Source: Myxococcales bacterium
GTDB taxonomy: Bacteria > Myxococcota > Myxococcia > Myxococcales > 40CM-4-68-19
Assembly: GCA_035651935.1 (NCBI GenBank)
Contig: DASREU010000189.1
Span: 1 to 44,068 of the forward strand
Direction of reading: 5' to 3'
DNA: 44,068 nucleotides
Below, one piece after another: positions 11,381-21,156 of this stretch. A program made the translations under genes and the position numbers. The notes under the pieces were generated by a model, which worked only from the letters and a program-made list of their open reading frames with translations, searched no databases and was not told the origin of the DNA. Each line of letters starts with the position of its first letter. Positions within the stretch are counted from its first letter, which is position 1.

Positions 11381-12091
11381 TTACATCGCCGCGGGCGCGA
11401 CGCGGTGGGAGGAGACGAGGACCCGGCGCAAGGTGAAGAGGACGAGCGCGATGGAAAGCGCGGCCCAGAGCACCCCCCAGACGATCGCCGGAATGAAGGT
11501 CACGCGCGCCAGCGCGTCGGCGTCGGTGCCTCCGGACCACGAGCTGAGATGGAGCAGGTCGTCCCGGATGTCGTAGAGCGCGTAGCAGGAGGAAAACGCG
11601 GCGAGGAACACGAGCACCGCACGGCGCAGCCACGCGGCCCCGTAGCGCGCGAGGAGTCCCAGCGCCAGCGCGCAGCCGGCGACGAACACGAGCGTGAACC
11701 CGTCGCGGACGTAGAGCGCCGCGACCAGGGCGCACCAGCCGGCGAGGGCGATCAGCGGCCACCGCCCCTGGCGGCTGCGCGCGGCGAGGTAGAGGAGCAC
11801 GCAGGCGGACACCGCGGATCCGACGTACCCGGCGCTGGCGATCACGATCTCGCGCAGGAGCGAGGGGGGAAAGCGCGACAGGGTGACCCCGCCCTGATCG
11901 GGGCTGACGCGGATGGCGTCGACGCTGCCGCCGACCAGCAGGGTGGCGGCGGCGTGGCCGCTCTCGTGCATCAGCACCACCAGCAGCTTGAACGGGTAGA
12001 GCGGCCAGGTGTTCCAGAAGAGGATGCCGGCGACGGCCGCCGCCGCGAGCGCGGCGAGGAACCTGGCGTCGAGGTGCTGGCGCGCGTCCAT
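11381..12091 (-). CDS. M50B-like family integral-membrane metallopeptidase
   Basis: It has the HExxH motif in a TM helix (VVLMHESGHAAATLLVGG) and 5-6 predicted TM segments. I chose the ATG at 12091 (MDARQ...). The tracked TTG start at 12151 would overlap the divergent amidohydrolase start. Confidence 0.75.
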   Translation of the reverse strand: MDARQHLDARFLAALAAAAVAGILFWNTWPLYPFKLLVVLMHESGHAAATLLVGGSVDAIRVSPDQGGVTLSRFPPSLLREIVIASAGYVGSAVSACVLLYLAARSRQGRWPLIALAGWCALVAALYVRDGFTLVFVAGCALALGLLARYGAAWLRRAVLVFLAAFSSCYALYDIRDDLLHLSSWSGGTDADALARVTFIPAIVWGVLWAALSIALVLFTLRRVLVSSHRVAPAAM

Positions 12092-12131
12092 CGCAGATGA
12101 TGTAACGTCCTTCGGGAGCGAAAGTTTCACG

Positions 12132-13706
12132 ATGTCCGATCTGCTCGTCAACGGAACGCTTTATACGCTGGACCCCGGGCGGGCTACCGCGCAGGCGGCG
12201 CTGATCCGCGACGGCCGCTTTGCGCGGGTGGGCTCGCGGGAGGAGTGCGAGCGCGAGGCGCGGGACGACGTGCGGTACATCGAGCTGGGCGAGGGGTCCG
12301 CGGTTCCCGGCTTGATCGATGCGCATGGGCACCCGCTCCTCCATGCCCGATCGCTGATCGAGGTCCGGCTCGATGGCGCCCGCTCCGCGCAGGAGTGCGT
12401 GGACCGCGTCGCGCGCTACGCCGCGACGGTGCCGGAGGGCGGCTGGATCCGCGGCAGCGGGTGGGACCAGAACCTCTGGCCCGGCCGCGCTTTCCCCGAT
12501 TCCGCCCTGCTCGATCCGGCGACCGGCGGTCACCCGGCGGCGCTTTCGCGCGTCGACGTGCACGCGCTGTGGTGCAACCGGCTGGCGCTGCGGGTGGCGG
12601 GGATCACGTCCGCGACACCGGACCCGCCGGGCGGACGCATCCTCCGCGAGCGCGACGGCACGCCGACCGGGGTGCTGATCGACACCGCGATGGACCTGGT
12701 CCGCCGCGCCATTCCCCGGCCCGGACCACGCGAGCTCGAGGAATTGCTCGTGCGGTCCCTGCGGGCGCTGGCGGCGGTCGGGCTCACGGCCGTGCACGAC
12801 GCCAGCGCCGGTCCGGATCTGCTGGCGGCGTACGCCCGGCTCGCGGAGCGCGACGAGCTGCCGGTCCGCGTCTACGCGATGATCGACGCGCCCGGAAAGG
12901 CGCTCGACGAGCAGATGCGCGCGTTCCGCGAGCGCCCGACGCTCGGCTTTCTCTCGGTGAGAAGCGTCAAGCTCTTCGCGGACGGGGCGCTGGGAAGCCG
13001 GGGAGCGGCGCTCTTCGAGCCGTACGCCGACGATCCCGGCAACACGGGCCTCTGGCTGACCGACCCGCGCGAACTGGAGGAGCGGATCGCGCGCGTCGCC
13101 GCCGCCGGATACCAGCCGTGCGTGCACTGCATCGGCGACCGCGCCTGCGCAGTGGTGTTGGAGGCGTTCGCCAAGGTCCCGCGCGCGCTCCGGCCGCGCG
13201 CCGAACACCTGCAGATCCTCCGGCCCAGGGACGTGCCGCTGCTCAAGCGGTCCGGCGCGATCGCTTCCATGCAGCCGACGCACGCGACCAGCGACGCTCC
13301 GTGGGCCGAAGAACGGCTCGGGCACGGCACGGAGCGGCAGCGCGGCGCGTACGCCTGGCGGCAGGCGCTCGACGCCGGCGCTCCGCTCGCGTTCGGCAGC
13401 GATTTCCCCATCGAGGGGATCGATCCGCGCGAAGGCCTCCGAGCGGCGATCGGCCGCCGGGCTGCCGGGGGCGGCGCCTGGATGCCCGAGCAGCGGCTGC
13501 GACGCGACGAGGCGCTCCACGCCTTCACCGCCGGAGCGGCCTGGGCGGAATTTGCCGAGGGGCAAAGGGGTTGCATCCGCGAGGGCTTCGACGCCGATCT
13601 CACCGTCTTCGAGCGCGACGTGTTGACCGTCCACGTCGACGAGCTGCCGTCGGTGCCCATCGCCGCGACGGTCGTCCAGGGTCGGGTCGTGTTCGCCGGA
13701 GAATGA
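12132..13706 (+). CDS. Amidohydrolase family protein (Amidohydro_3 / YtcJ-like metal-dependent hydrolase)
   Basis: This is the ATG at residue 42 of ORF 12009..13706 (524 aa). Family motifs: [49 protein letters not shown], and the C-terminal [10 protein letters not shown]. Confidence 0.85.
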   Translation: MSDLLVNGTLYTLDPGRATAQAALIRDGRFARVGSREECEREARDDVRYIELGEGSAVPGLIDAHGHPLLHARSLIEVRLDGARSAQECVDRVARYAATVPEGGWIRGSGWDQNLWPGRAFPDSALLDPATGGHPAALSRVDVHALWCNRLALRVAGITSATPDPPGGRILRERDGTPTGVLIDTAMDLVRRAIPRPGPRELEELLVRSLRALAAVGLTAVHDASAGPDLLAAYARLAERDELPVRVYAMIDAPGKALDEQMRAFRERPTLGFLSVRSVKLFADGALGSRGAALFEPYADDPGNTGLWLTDPRELEERIARVAAAGYQPCVHCIGDRACAVVLEAFAKVPRALRPRAEHLQILRPRDVPLLKRSGAIASMQPTHATSDAPWAEERLGHGTERQRGAYAWRQALDAGAPLAFGSDFPIEGIDPREGLRAAIGRRAAGGGAWMPEQRLRRDEALHAFTAGAAWAEFAEGQRGCIREGFDADLTVFERDVLTVHVDELPSVPIAATVVQGRVVFAGE

Positions 13707-14401
13707 GGATGCCTGCCCCACTCGAAAATTGTCCCGACGTCGAGGATTGCCTGGCCGATCCCTCCGAGATCGGGCGGATCTGCACCTTCGCGCCGATCTG
13801 CGGCACCTGCGCCGTGTACCGGGTGATCGAAGGGCGGCGCGGTCTGCTGCTCGGCACCTGCCGGGTGCGCAGCGAACGCGGCGAGTTCCCCTGCACCGCG
13901 CCGATCTGCGACGCCTACGCGCCGCGTGCGGGCGCCCAGCCCGCGCCGGTGGTGCAGATCGCCCGCGCGCCCCGGCCGCGCCGCGAGCGCGAGGAGCCGG
14001 CGCCGCGCCCGCGGAAGATCCCCGATGGCCCCGTTGGAGAGGTGGAGATGACACGAGAGGAGCTGAAGGCGCTGATCCGCGAGGCGATGGACGAGGAGCG
14101 CGGCGGCGGAGTCGCCCCGCTCGCGCCGCGCTGGGAGGGCGGAGTGGCGGTGCTCAAGCCGGCGGACCCCGCGCTGCAGGCGAAGGAGCTGCCGCTGGAG
14201 TCGCTCTTCCACAAGGTGGTGATGATCCGCGATCGGCTCCGCGTGCTGGAGCAGAAGATCAACGCGAACGGAAAGCTGACCGACGCGGAGAAGGTGGATC
14301 TGCAGGGGTACATCACCGGCTGCTACGGCTCGTTGACCACCTTCAACGTTCTCTTCCGCGACCGGGACGACGGGTTCCGCGGCGCCGCCGGCAAGGACTA
14401 G
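13703..14401 (+). CDS. Hypothetical protein with an N-terminal 8-Cys region and a C-terminal helical domain
   Basis: This is the C-terminal 232 codons of ORF 12245..14401. An ATGA start/stop overlap joins it to the amidohydrolase gene. The composition is normal, unlike the upstream shadow part of the ORF. I recognise no family. Confidence 0.6.
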   Translation: MRMPAPLENCPDVEDCLADPSEIGRICTFAPICGTCAVYRVIEGRRGLLLGTCRVRSERGEFPCTAPICDAYAPRAGAQPAPVVQIARAPRPRREREEPAPRPRKIPDGPVGEVEMTREELKALIREAMDEERGGGVAPLAPRWEGGVAVLKPADPALQAKELPLESLFHKVVMIRDRLRVLEQKINANGKLTDAEKVDLQGYITGCYGSLTTFNVLFRDRDDGFRGAAGKD

Positions 14402-14408
14402 GGGCGCG

Positions 14409-15722
14409 GTGCTCGCCGCGCTCCTCTGCGCCGCGCTGGCGCAACTCCCGAAGCCGCCGACGCCGGAGACCGTCCCGGACGCCGGGACGGCAACGCCGGC
14501 TGTGCCGTCGGTGAGGCCGGTGGTCTACGAAGGGCTGACGCCGCAGCGGCTGGCGCGCATCCAGGGCGCGCTGCAGCGCGAGAAGCTCGACGGCTGGCTG
14601 TTCTTCGACTTCCGGCGGTCGGACGAGATCGCGTATCGCGTGCTGGGGATCGATCCGGCAGGCGCGCGCAGCCGCCGCTGGTACTGCCTGATTCCGGCGC
14701 AGGGCCCGCCGCGCAAGCTCGTGCACGCCATCGAGCCGCGCGCGCTCGACGGCGTCCCCGGCGGCTCGACGACGTACACCTCGTGGCGCATCCGCGACCG
14801 CGAGCTGGCGCTGCTCCTGCGCGGGGCCCGCCGGGTGGCGATGGAGTATTCGCCGCGCAACGAGATTCCGACGGTCGCGCGGGTGGACGGCGGCACGCTC
14901 GAGCTGGTGCGATCGATGGGCCCGGAGATCGTCTCGAGCGCCGATCTGGTGGCCGAGCTCGAGAGCACCCTGACGCCGGAGGAGCTGGCTTCGCAGGAGC
15001 GGGCGGCGGAGCTGCTCAGCGCCGATCTCGAAGCGGTCGAACAGGAAGCCGCCCGGCGCGTGCGCGAGAACAAGCCGGCGACCGAGCGCGAGCTGCAGGA
15101 CTTCGCCCGCGCCCGCTGGGCGCAGGAGGGGTTCGACCCCGAGGGCTGGCCCGGCGTCGCCGCCGATGCCCACTCGGCCGACCCTCATTATTCGCCGCCG
15201 CCCGAGGGAGGAGCGGTGGTCGGCCGCGGGAGCCTGATGCTGCTCGACTTCAGCGCGCGCCTTTCGCCGGCGGGGATCTACGCCGATCTCACGCGCGTCT
15301 ACTTTCTCGGGGAGAACGTGCCCGAGGAGATCCAGCGGATCGGCGGCTACGTCTTCCAGGCCCGGGACGCGGCGGTCCAGCTCGTGCGGCAACGCGCGGA
15401 GTTCGGAAAGCTGCCCACCGGCGCCGAGGTCGACGCGATGGCGCGCGCGGTGATCGCGAAAGCGGGATTCGCCGACCGGTTCGTCCACCGCACCGGCCAC
15501 AGCATCGACCACCACGGGCACGGAGACGGCGTGAACAACGACGACTTCGAGACCCGCGACGCGCGGCGCCACCTGCGGGATACCTGCTTCTCCATCGAGC
15601 CGGGCATCTACCTGCCGGGCCGGTTCGGCGTGCGCAGCGAGATCGACGTCTGCCTGCCGGGTGGCAAGGTCGAGCTGCGCGGCGGCGCGGGACAGCCGGT
15701 CATTCCGGCGTTGCTCCCCTGA
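14409..15722 (+). CDS. M24 family metallopeptidase (Xaa-Pro aminopeptidase-like)
   Basis: 437 aa, GTG start. Pita-bread fold metal-ligand motifs: LLDFSA, YADLTRV, HRTGHSIDHHGHG, FSIEPGIY, RSEIDV. Confidence 0.85.
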   Translation: MLAALLCAALAQLPKPPTPETVPDAGTATPAVPSVRPVVYEGLTPQRLARIQGALQREKLDGWLFFDFRRSDEIAYRVLGIDPAGARSRRWYCLIPAQGPPRKLVHAIEPRALDGVPGGSTTYTSWRIRDRELALLLRGARRVAMEYSPRNEIPTVARVDGGTLELVRSMGPEIVSSADLVAELESTLTPEELASQERAAELLSADLEAVEQEAARRVRENKPATERELQDFARARWAQEGFDPEGWPGVAADAHSADPHYSPPPEGGAVVGRGSLMLLDFSARLSPAGIYADLTRVYFLGENVPEEIQRIGGYVFQARDAAVQLVRQRAEFGKLPTGAEVDAMARAVIAKAGFADRFVHRTGHSIDHHGHGDGVNNDDFETRDARRHLRDTCFSIEPGIYLPGRFGVRSEIDVCLPGGKVELRGGAGQPVIPALLP

Positions 15723-15731
15723 CGACTTCGT

Positions 15732-15812
15732 AGATCCGGGGACACTGGCGTCGAACTGGGAGCGACAGGCGGACAGGTCGTCCGGCGAGTTACGTATGGT
15801 GTCCCCGGATCT
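15732..15812. repeat. Perfect 14-bp inverted repeat (AGATCCGGGGACAC ... GTGTCCCCGGATCT) with a 53-nt spacer, in a convergent intergenic region
   Basis: Read directly from the sequence: left arm 15732-15745, right arm 15799-15812. It lies between the M24 stop (15722) and the pepA stop (15825). It may be a bidirectional terminator or another structured element. Confidence 0.8.
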
Positions 15813-15824
15813 CCGGGACCGGAG

Positions 15825-17312
15825 TCAACGGGTGGCGGAGTCCCTGCGGCGGATCCACTCCGCCAGGAGGCGGACGCCGGCGCCGGTGCCGCCGCGCGAG
15901 TTGTAGCCGCGCTCCTTGTCGACCGATGCGGGCCCGGCGATGTCGAGGTGCGCCCAAGGCACCTTTCCGACGAAGTGCTGGAGGAAGAGGGCGGCGTTGA
16001 TGGATCCGCCATGCCTTCCGCCGGTGTTCTTGAGATCCGCGATGGGGCTCTTGATCAGCTCTTCCATCTCCGGCGGCAATGGCATGCGCCAGATCGGCTC
16101 GCCCGTCGCGCGGGCCGCGGCGAGCAGCTCGCCGGCGAGCTGATCGTCGTTGCTGAACAGCCCGGCCATCCAGGGTCCCAGCGCGACGAGGATGGCGCCG
16201 GTGAGGGTCGCCAGATCGATCACCGCGGCCGGCTTCTCCTCCACCGCCCAGGAGAGGACGTCGGCGAGGACCAGCCGGCCCTCTGCGTCGGTGTTGAGCA
16301 CCTCCACGCTGGTCCCGTTCTTTCCGACGATCACGTCGCCGGGCTTGTAGGCGGCGCCGCTCGGGAGGTTCTCGCACGCGCCGAAATACCCGCGCACCGC
16401 GAAGGAGGGCTTGATCGCCGCCACCAGCCGCATGGCGGAGATCACGGCGGCGGCGCCGGCCATGTCGGTCTTCATGTCCTCCATCCCCTGCGCGGTCTTG
16501 AGCGAGAGGCCGCCGGAGTCGAAGGTGATCGCCTTCCCGACCAGCGCGACCGGCTTGCCGCCTCCCCCGCCCGCCGGCTCGTACGAGATCCGCACCAGCT
16601 GCGGCTCCTCGACGCTCCCTTGCGCGACGCCGAGGAAGAGGTTCATCCCCAGCTTCTCGATCCGGGCCCGGCCGAGCACCTCGCAGCGCAGCCCGCCTTC
16701 CTCGGCCACTTTCCGGGCCGCCGCTGCGAGCGCCGAAGGCGTCGCGCGGCCCGGCGACTCGTTCACCAGGTCGCGGGCGGAGCAGACCGCAGCCGCGATC
16801 TCCGCGCCCAGCGCGATCGCTTCCGCCATCGCGCGCGCCGGCTTGCCGTCGACCAGCAGCTCCACTTTCGACAGCTTGAGCGGTTTCTTCTCCTGCTTGT
16901 AGCGGTCGAAGACGTAGGCGCCGAGCGATGCTCCTTCCGCGAGCGCCTGCAGGGCCGCCGCATCGGTTCCCGAAGGGACGGTCATCGCCAGCGACTTCGC
17001 GCCCGCGGCCTTCGCCAGCTTGACGGCGCGGGCGGCGGCGTTCCGCAGCTGTTCGAGGGTGCGGTCCGCGCCCTCGTCCTTGCCGATCCCGATCGCCAAA
17101 ACCCTCTGCGCGGCGATCTTCCCGTGCGTATGCAGCGAGACGACCTGGCCTTCCTTGCCCGTGAACTCCTCCTCGGCGGCGCAGCGCCAGAGAAGCCCGC
17201 CGAGAGCATCGTCGACGGCTGCCGGCCGCTCGCCGGAGCGCACGAGCAGCGCGAGGAGATCGACCCTGGAGGAGACCGGTTTCGTCGAATGCGCGGCGAT
17301 TGAAAAGGCCAT
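15825..17312 (-). CDS. pepA: Leucyl aminopeptidase (M17 family)
   Basis: 495 aa. M17 signature: NTDAEGRLVLADVLSWA. Further motifs: GKAITFDSGGLSLK, MKTDMAGAA, and the C-terminal GGTGAGVRLL. Confidence 0.9.
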   Translation of the reverse strand: MAFSIAAHSTKPVSSRVDLLALLVRSGERPAAVDDALGGLLWRCAAEEEFTGKEGQVVSLHTHGKIAAQRVLAIGIGKDEGADRTLEQLRNAAARAVKLAKAAGAKSLAMTVPSGTDAAALQALAEGASLGAYVFDRYKQEKKPLKLSKVELLVDGKPARAMAEAIALGAEIAAAVCSARDLVNESPGRATPSALAAAARKVAEEGGLRCEVLGRARIEKLGMNLFLGVAQGSVEEPQLVRISYEPAGGGGGKPVALVGKAITFDSGGLSLKTAQGMEDMKTDMAGAAAVISAMRLVAAIKPSFAVRGYFGACENLPSGAAYKPGDVIVGKNGTSVEVLNTDAEGRLVLADVLSWAVEEKPAAVIDLATLTGAILVALGPWMAGLFSNDDQLAGELLAAARATGEPIWRMPLPPEMEELIKSPIADLKNTGGRHGGSINAALFLQHFVGKVPWAHLDIAGPASVDKERGYNSRGGTGAGVRLLAEWIRRRDSATR

Positions 17313-17413
17313 TGGACGCGCGGCTAATACCTGCTTCCCGCGCCGGTGGGAAGTGCGTTGATTTCCGCCGGGGCCGCGGGTAGGGTCCGCGGCTTCCGGA
17401 GAGCGCCGCCGTC

Positions 17414-18487
17414 GTGGAAGACAAGCTGCAGGAGATCGAACAGAGGTTCGAACGCCTCACCGCCGACCTGGGAAATCCCGAGGTGATCGGCGACCGGAGC
17501 CGCTTCTCGCAGGTGGCGAAGGAGCGGGCGCAGCTCGAGCAGCTGGTGGAGACGTTCCGGGAGTACAGGCGCGTCCGCGCGGAGACGGAGGACTGGAAAG
17601 CGCACCTCGGCGATTCCGATCCGGAGATGCGCGAGATGGCGCGCGGGGAGCTCCCGGCGCTGGAGGCGCGCCTCGAGACGCTCAACGAGCGGCTGAAGGT
17701 CCTCCTCCTCCCGCGCGACCCGAACGACGAGCGCAGCGTGATCCTCGAGGTGCGGGCGGGCGCCGGCGGCGACGAGGCCGGGCTCTTCGCCGCCGAGGTG
17801 CTCCGCATGTACCTGCGGTACGCGGAGCGCAAGGGCTGGAAGACCAGCCTGATGGACTCGAGCGACAACGCCGCGGGCGGGATCAAGGACGCGAGCGTCA
17901 CCATCGACGGCGAGGGCATCTTCAGCTTCCTCAAGTACGAATCCGGCGTGCACCGCGTGCAACGGGTGCCGGCGACGGAGGCGCAGGGCCGCATCCACAC
18001 GTCCACCGCGACGGTCTCGGTGATGCCGGAGGCCGAGGAGGTCGACATCCAGATCAACCCGGCCGACATCCAGATGGACGTGATGCGCTCCACCGGCGCC
18101 GGCGGGCAGAGCGTCAACACCACCGACTCCGCCGTGCGGCTGACGCACAAGCCGAGCGGGGTGGTGGTCAAGTGCCAGCAGGAGAAGTCGCAGCTGAAGA
18201 ACCGGGCCATGGCGCTGAAGATGCTGCGGGCGCGCCTGTACGAGATGGAGCAGGAGAAGCAGCGCAATGCCCGCGACGCCGAGCGCAAGTCACAGGTGGG
18301 CACGGGCGACCGGAGCGAGAAGATCCGGACCTACAACTTTCCCCAGGATCGCCTGACCGATCACCGCATCGGCTACACCCGCCACAACCTGGGCGCCGTG
18401 ATGGACGGCGACATCGACGACGTGATCGTCGCCTGCCGCACCTTCTTCCAGGCGGAAGCGCTGCGGCAGCAACAGGCCCAGGGATGA
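17414..18487 (+). CDS. prfA: Peptide chain release factor 1
   Basis: 357 aa, GTG start. The PxT-type RF1 region is present ([17 protein letters not shown]), as is the GGQ motif ([20 protein letters not shown]). It is followed by prmC, the conserved arrangement. Confidence 0.93.
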   Translation: MEDKLQEIEQRFERLTADLGNPEVIGDRSRFSQVAKERAQLEQLVETFREYRRVRAETEDWKAHLGDSDPEMREMARGELPALEARLETLNERLKVLLLPRDPNDERSVILEVRAGAGGDEAGLFAAEVLRMYLRYAERKGWKTSLMDSSDNAAGGIKDASVTIDGEGIFSFLKYESGVHRVQRVPATEAQGRIHTSTATVSVMPEAEEVDIQINPADIQMDVMRSTGAGGQSVNTTDSAVRLTHKPSGVVVKCQQEKSQLKNRAMALKMLRARLYEMEQEKQRNARDAERKSQVGTGDRSEKIRTYNFPQDRLTDHRIGYTRHNLGAVMDGDIDDVIVACRTFFQAEALRQQQAQG

Positions 18488-18557
18488 CTGCCGGAGCGCT
18501 CGTGCAGGACACCGCGGCCCGGCGACCGGCGGGCGTCGTCAGCGCGCAGAAGGACGC

Positions 18558-19412
18558 ATGAGCACCACCTGGACGGTGCGCTCGCTCCTGCAATGGGCGC
18601 GGGAGTGGCTTCTCAAGAAAGGGGTCGCGAACCCCCGGCTCGATGCCGAGCTGCTGCTCGCGCACGCCCTCGGGTGCGACCGCCTGCGCCTCTACATCGA
18701 CGTCGACAAGCCGGTCGGCGCCGAAGAGCTGGCGCGGTTCAAGCCGCTCATCCAGCGGCGCGCCGCGCGCGAGCCGGTGGCGTACATCCTCGGGTCGAAG
18801 GAGTTCTACGGCAGGCCGTTCGAGGTCGCGCCCGGCGTGTTCATCCCGCGGCCGGAGACGGAGCTCCTGGTCCGCCTGGTGCTCGACCACCTTCCCCCGG
18901 GAGCGGCCCGCGTCGCGGACCTCTGCTCGGGGTCGGGCGCGGTGGGGATCTCGGTGGCGGCGGAGCACCCCGATGCACAGGTCGACCTGGTGGAGCTGTC
19001 GCCGGAAGCGGCCGCCATCGCGCGGCGCAACGTCGAAAAGCACGCGCCCGGCCGCGTCCGGGTCTTCTGCGGAGATCTGTTTGCGGCTTTCCCCGACCGT
19101 ATCCGCTACGATGCCATCGCAGCGAACCCGCCGTACGTACCCACCCCCGATGGAAGGAAGCTTGCCTCCGACGTCGTCGATCACGAGCCGCACCTCGCGC
19201 TCTTCGCGGGCGAGGACGGGCTCGACGTGATCCGCCGGATCGCCGCCGAGGTGAAGGACTGGCTCGCTCCGGGCGGGCTCTTCGTCACCGAGATCGATCC
19301 CGCGCAGGGCGAAGCCGTCGCGCGGCTGCTGCGCGATGCGGGTCTCGCCGGCGTCCGGGTGGAGCGCGACCTCGCCGGCCTCGATCGCCACGTGGTGGGA
19401 AAAGGGAGCTGA
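18558..19412 (+). CDS. prmC: Release factor glutamine N5-methyltransferase (HemK/PrmC)
   Basis: 284 aa. The SAM-binding motif ([12 protein letters not shown]) and catalytic NPPY (IAANPPYVP) are present. It sits immediately downstream of prfA. Confidence 0.9.
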   Translation: MSTTWTVRSLLQWAREWLLKKGVANPRLDAELLLAHALGCDRLRLYIDVDKPVGAEELARFKPLIQRRAAREPVAYILGSKEFYGRPFEVAPGVFIPRPETELLVRLVLDHLPPGAARVADLCSGSGAVGISVAAEHPDAQVDLVELSPEAAAIARRNVEKHAPGRVRVFCGDLFAAFPDRIRYDAIAANPPYVPTPDGRKLASDVVDHEPHLALFAGEDGLDVIRRIAAEVKDWLAPGGLFVTEIDPAQGEAVARLLRDAGLAGVRVERDLAGLDRHVVGKGS

Positions 19413-20674
19413 TGGACGCCATCGAGATCACCGGAGGCAAGCGGCTCGCGGGCGAGGTGCAGGTGTCCGGTTCGAAGAACGCGACGCTCCCGCAGATCGC
19501 CGCGGCCCTGCTCGCGCCGGGGCAGTCGGTCTTCCACGGCGTCCCGGATCTGGCGGACATCCGCACGCTGGGCAGGCTGCTCGCGAGCATGGGAGCGCGC
19601 GTGGAGCGCGACGCGACGACATTGAGGGTGGACGCCACCCGGATCGAGAAGCCGGAGGCGCCGTACGAGCTGGTGAAGACCATGCGCGCGAGCGTGCTGG
19701 TGCTGGGGCCGCTGGTCGCGCGCTGCGGCCGCGCGCGGGTGTCGATGCCCGGAGGCTGCGCCATCGGCGCCCGCCCCATCGACCAGCATCTCAAGGGCCT
19801 GCAGGCGATGGGCGCGAAGATCGAGCTGGCGCACGGATATGTCGAGGCCACGGCGACGAAGCTGCGCGGGGCGCCGATCCTCTTCGATCTGCCCACCGTC
19901 ACCGGGACGGAGAATCTGATGATGGCCGGTGCGCTGGCCGAGGGCCGGACCGTCCTCGAGAACTGCGCGCGCGAGCCGGAAGTGGTGGCGCTGGCGGAGG
20001 CGCTGAACGCGATGGGGGCGCGGATCCACGACGCCGGCAGCAGCGTGATCACCATCGACGGCGTCGCCGCGCTGCGGCCGATGGACCTGCAGGCGATCCC
20101 CGACCGCATCGAGGCCGGAACGCTGCTGGCGGCGGCGATGATCACCGGCGGCGACGTCCTGGTGCGCGGCGCCCGCGCGGAGGACCTGGACGCCGCCCTT
20201 TCCAAGATGCGCGAAGCGGGCGCCACCATCACCGCCGAGCGAGGAGGGCTGCGCATCGTCGCGCCCGAGCGCCCCCGTGCCGTCGACTTCATCACCGCAC
20301 CGTTTCCCGGCTTTCCCACCGATCTGCAGGCCCAGCTCATGGCCTGCCTGGCGGTGGGGAAGGGCGCGTCGCGGGTCGTCGAGACCGTGTTCGAAAACCG
20401 CTTCATGCACGTGCAGGAGCTGTCGCGCATGGGAGCCGACGTCGCCATCGACGGGCATACTGCGGTCGTGCGCGGCGTCTCCCGGCTCTCCGGCGCTGAA
20501 GTGATGGCGACCGACCTGCGCGCCAGCGCCTCGCTGGTGCTCGCCGGGCTGAGGGCCGAGGGCAAGACCACCGTCCACCGCGTCTATCACCTCGACCGCG
20601 GCTACGAGTCGCTGGAGAAGAAGCTGTCCTCGCTGGGCGCTTCCATCCGTCGCGTCAAAGGCGCATCTGCGTAG
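19412..20674 (+). CDS. murA: UDP-N-acetylglucosamine 1-carboxyvinyltransferase
   Basis: This is an in-frame ATG inside ORF 18593..20674 (420 aa). The start overlaps the prmC stop (TGATG). Motifs: [27 protein letters not shown], and the active-site loop [15 protein letters not shown] with Cys. Confidence 0.92.
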   Translation: MDAIEITGGKRLAGEVQVSGSKNATLPQIAAALLAPGQSVFHGVPDLADIRTLGRLLASMGARVERDATTLRVDATRIEKPEAPYELVKTMRASVLVLGPLVARCGRARVSMPGGCAIGARPIDQHLKGLQAMGAKIELAHGYVEATATKLRGAPILFDLPTVTGTENLMMAGALAEGRTVLENCAREPEVVALAEALNAMGARIHDAGSSVITIDGVAALRPMDLQAIPDRIEAGTLLAAAMITGGDVLVRGARAEDLDAALSKMREAGATITAERGGLRIVAPERPRAVDFITAPFPGFPTDLQAQLMACLAVGKGASRVVETVFENRFMHVQELSRMGADVAIDGHTAVVRGVSRLSGAEVMATDLRASASLVLAGLRAEGKTTVHRVYHLDRGYESLEKKLSSLGASIRRVKGASA

Positions 20675-20745
20675 ACGGGCGTTGCCGAACGGAAACCCGG
20701 TGGGCTAGGCTTCACCCAGACCGCCGAACGGAGCCCTGCAAAGCC

Positions 20746-21156
20746 ATGGATTGCCCGCGCGACAACACGGAGATGACCGAGCTCACCGACGGAGAGGACC
20801 GTCTCCTCTTCCGTTGCGCAGAGTGCGGAGGTCTCTGGCTCGACGCTGCGGACCTGAACCGGATCCTCCTGCACAACGGCCTCCCCACGCTGGAGGCGAT
20901 GGGCGGCCGGGCGAACCCCGAGGAGGACGCCGGCGACTGCCCGGTGGACAACGTCGGATTGCTGGCGGTGCAGAGCCAGCACAAGCGCAATCCGCTGGTC
21001 TACGAGACCTGCGAGAGCTGCGGGGGCATCTGGCTCGAGTCGGGCGATTTCGCCGAGGACGGGGATACGGCGGAAGACCTGACGAAGGGCATCGTCGAGT
21101 TCTACCGCGAGTTCTCCGTCACCCAGACTCCAGGTACCAAGGCCGCGCGCAAGTAG
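20746..21156 (+). CDS. Tandem zf-TFIIB-type zinc-ribbon protein
   Basis: 136 aa. Two copies of the pattern CPxD ... C-x2-CGG[LI]WL[DE] are present: CPRD...CAECGGLWLD and CPVD...CESCGGIWLE. This pattern is characteristic of bacterial TFIIB-type zinc-ribbon domains. The TAG stop abuts the next ATG. Confidence 0.75.
   Translation: MDCPRDNTEMTELTDGEDRLLFRCAECGGLWLDAADLNRILLHNGLPTLEAMGGRANPEEDAGDCPVDNVGLLAVQSQHKRNPLVYETCESCGGIWLESGDFAEDGDTAEDLTKGIVEFYREFSVTQTPGTKAARK

Noticed and set aside
10644-14054. A 1136-aa minus-strand ORF spanning four annotated genes. The same pattern applies to 4570..6678, 4730..6265, 7399..8868, 12245..13702, 15790..18303, 18593..19411 and 20602..22551.
   Set aside because: All have Arg/Ala/Gly/Pro-rich compositions without domain signatures. 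Each overlaps ORFs that carry clear family motifs in another frame or on the other strand.
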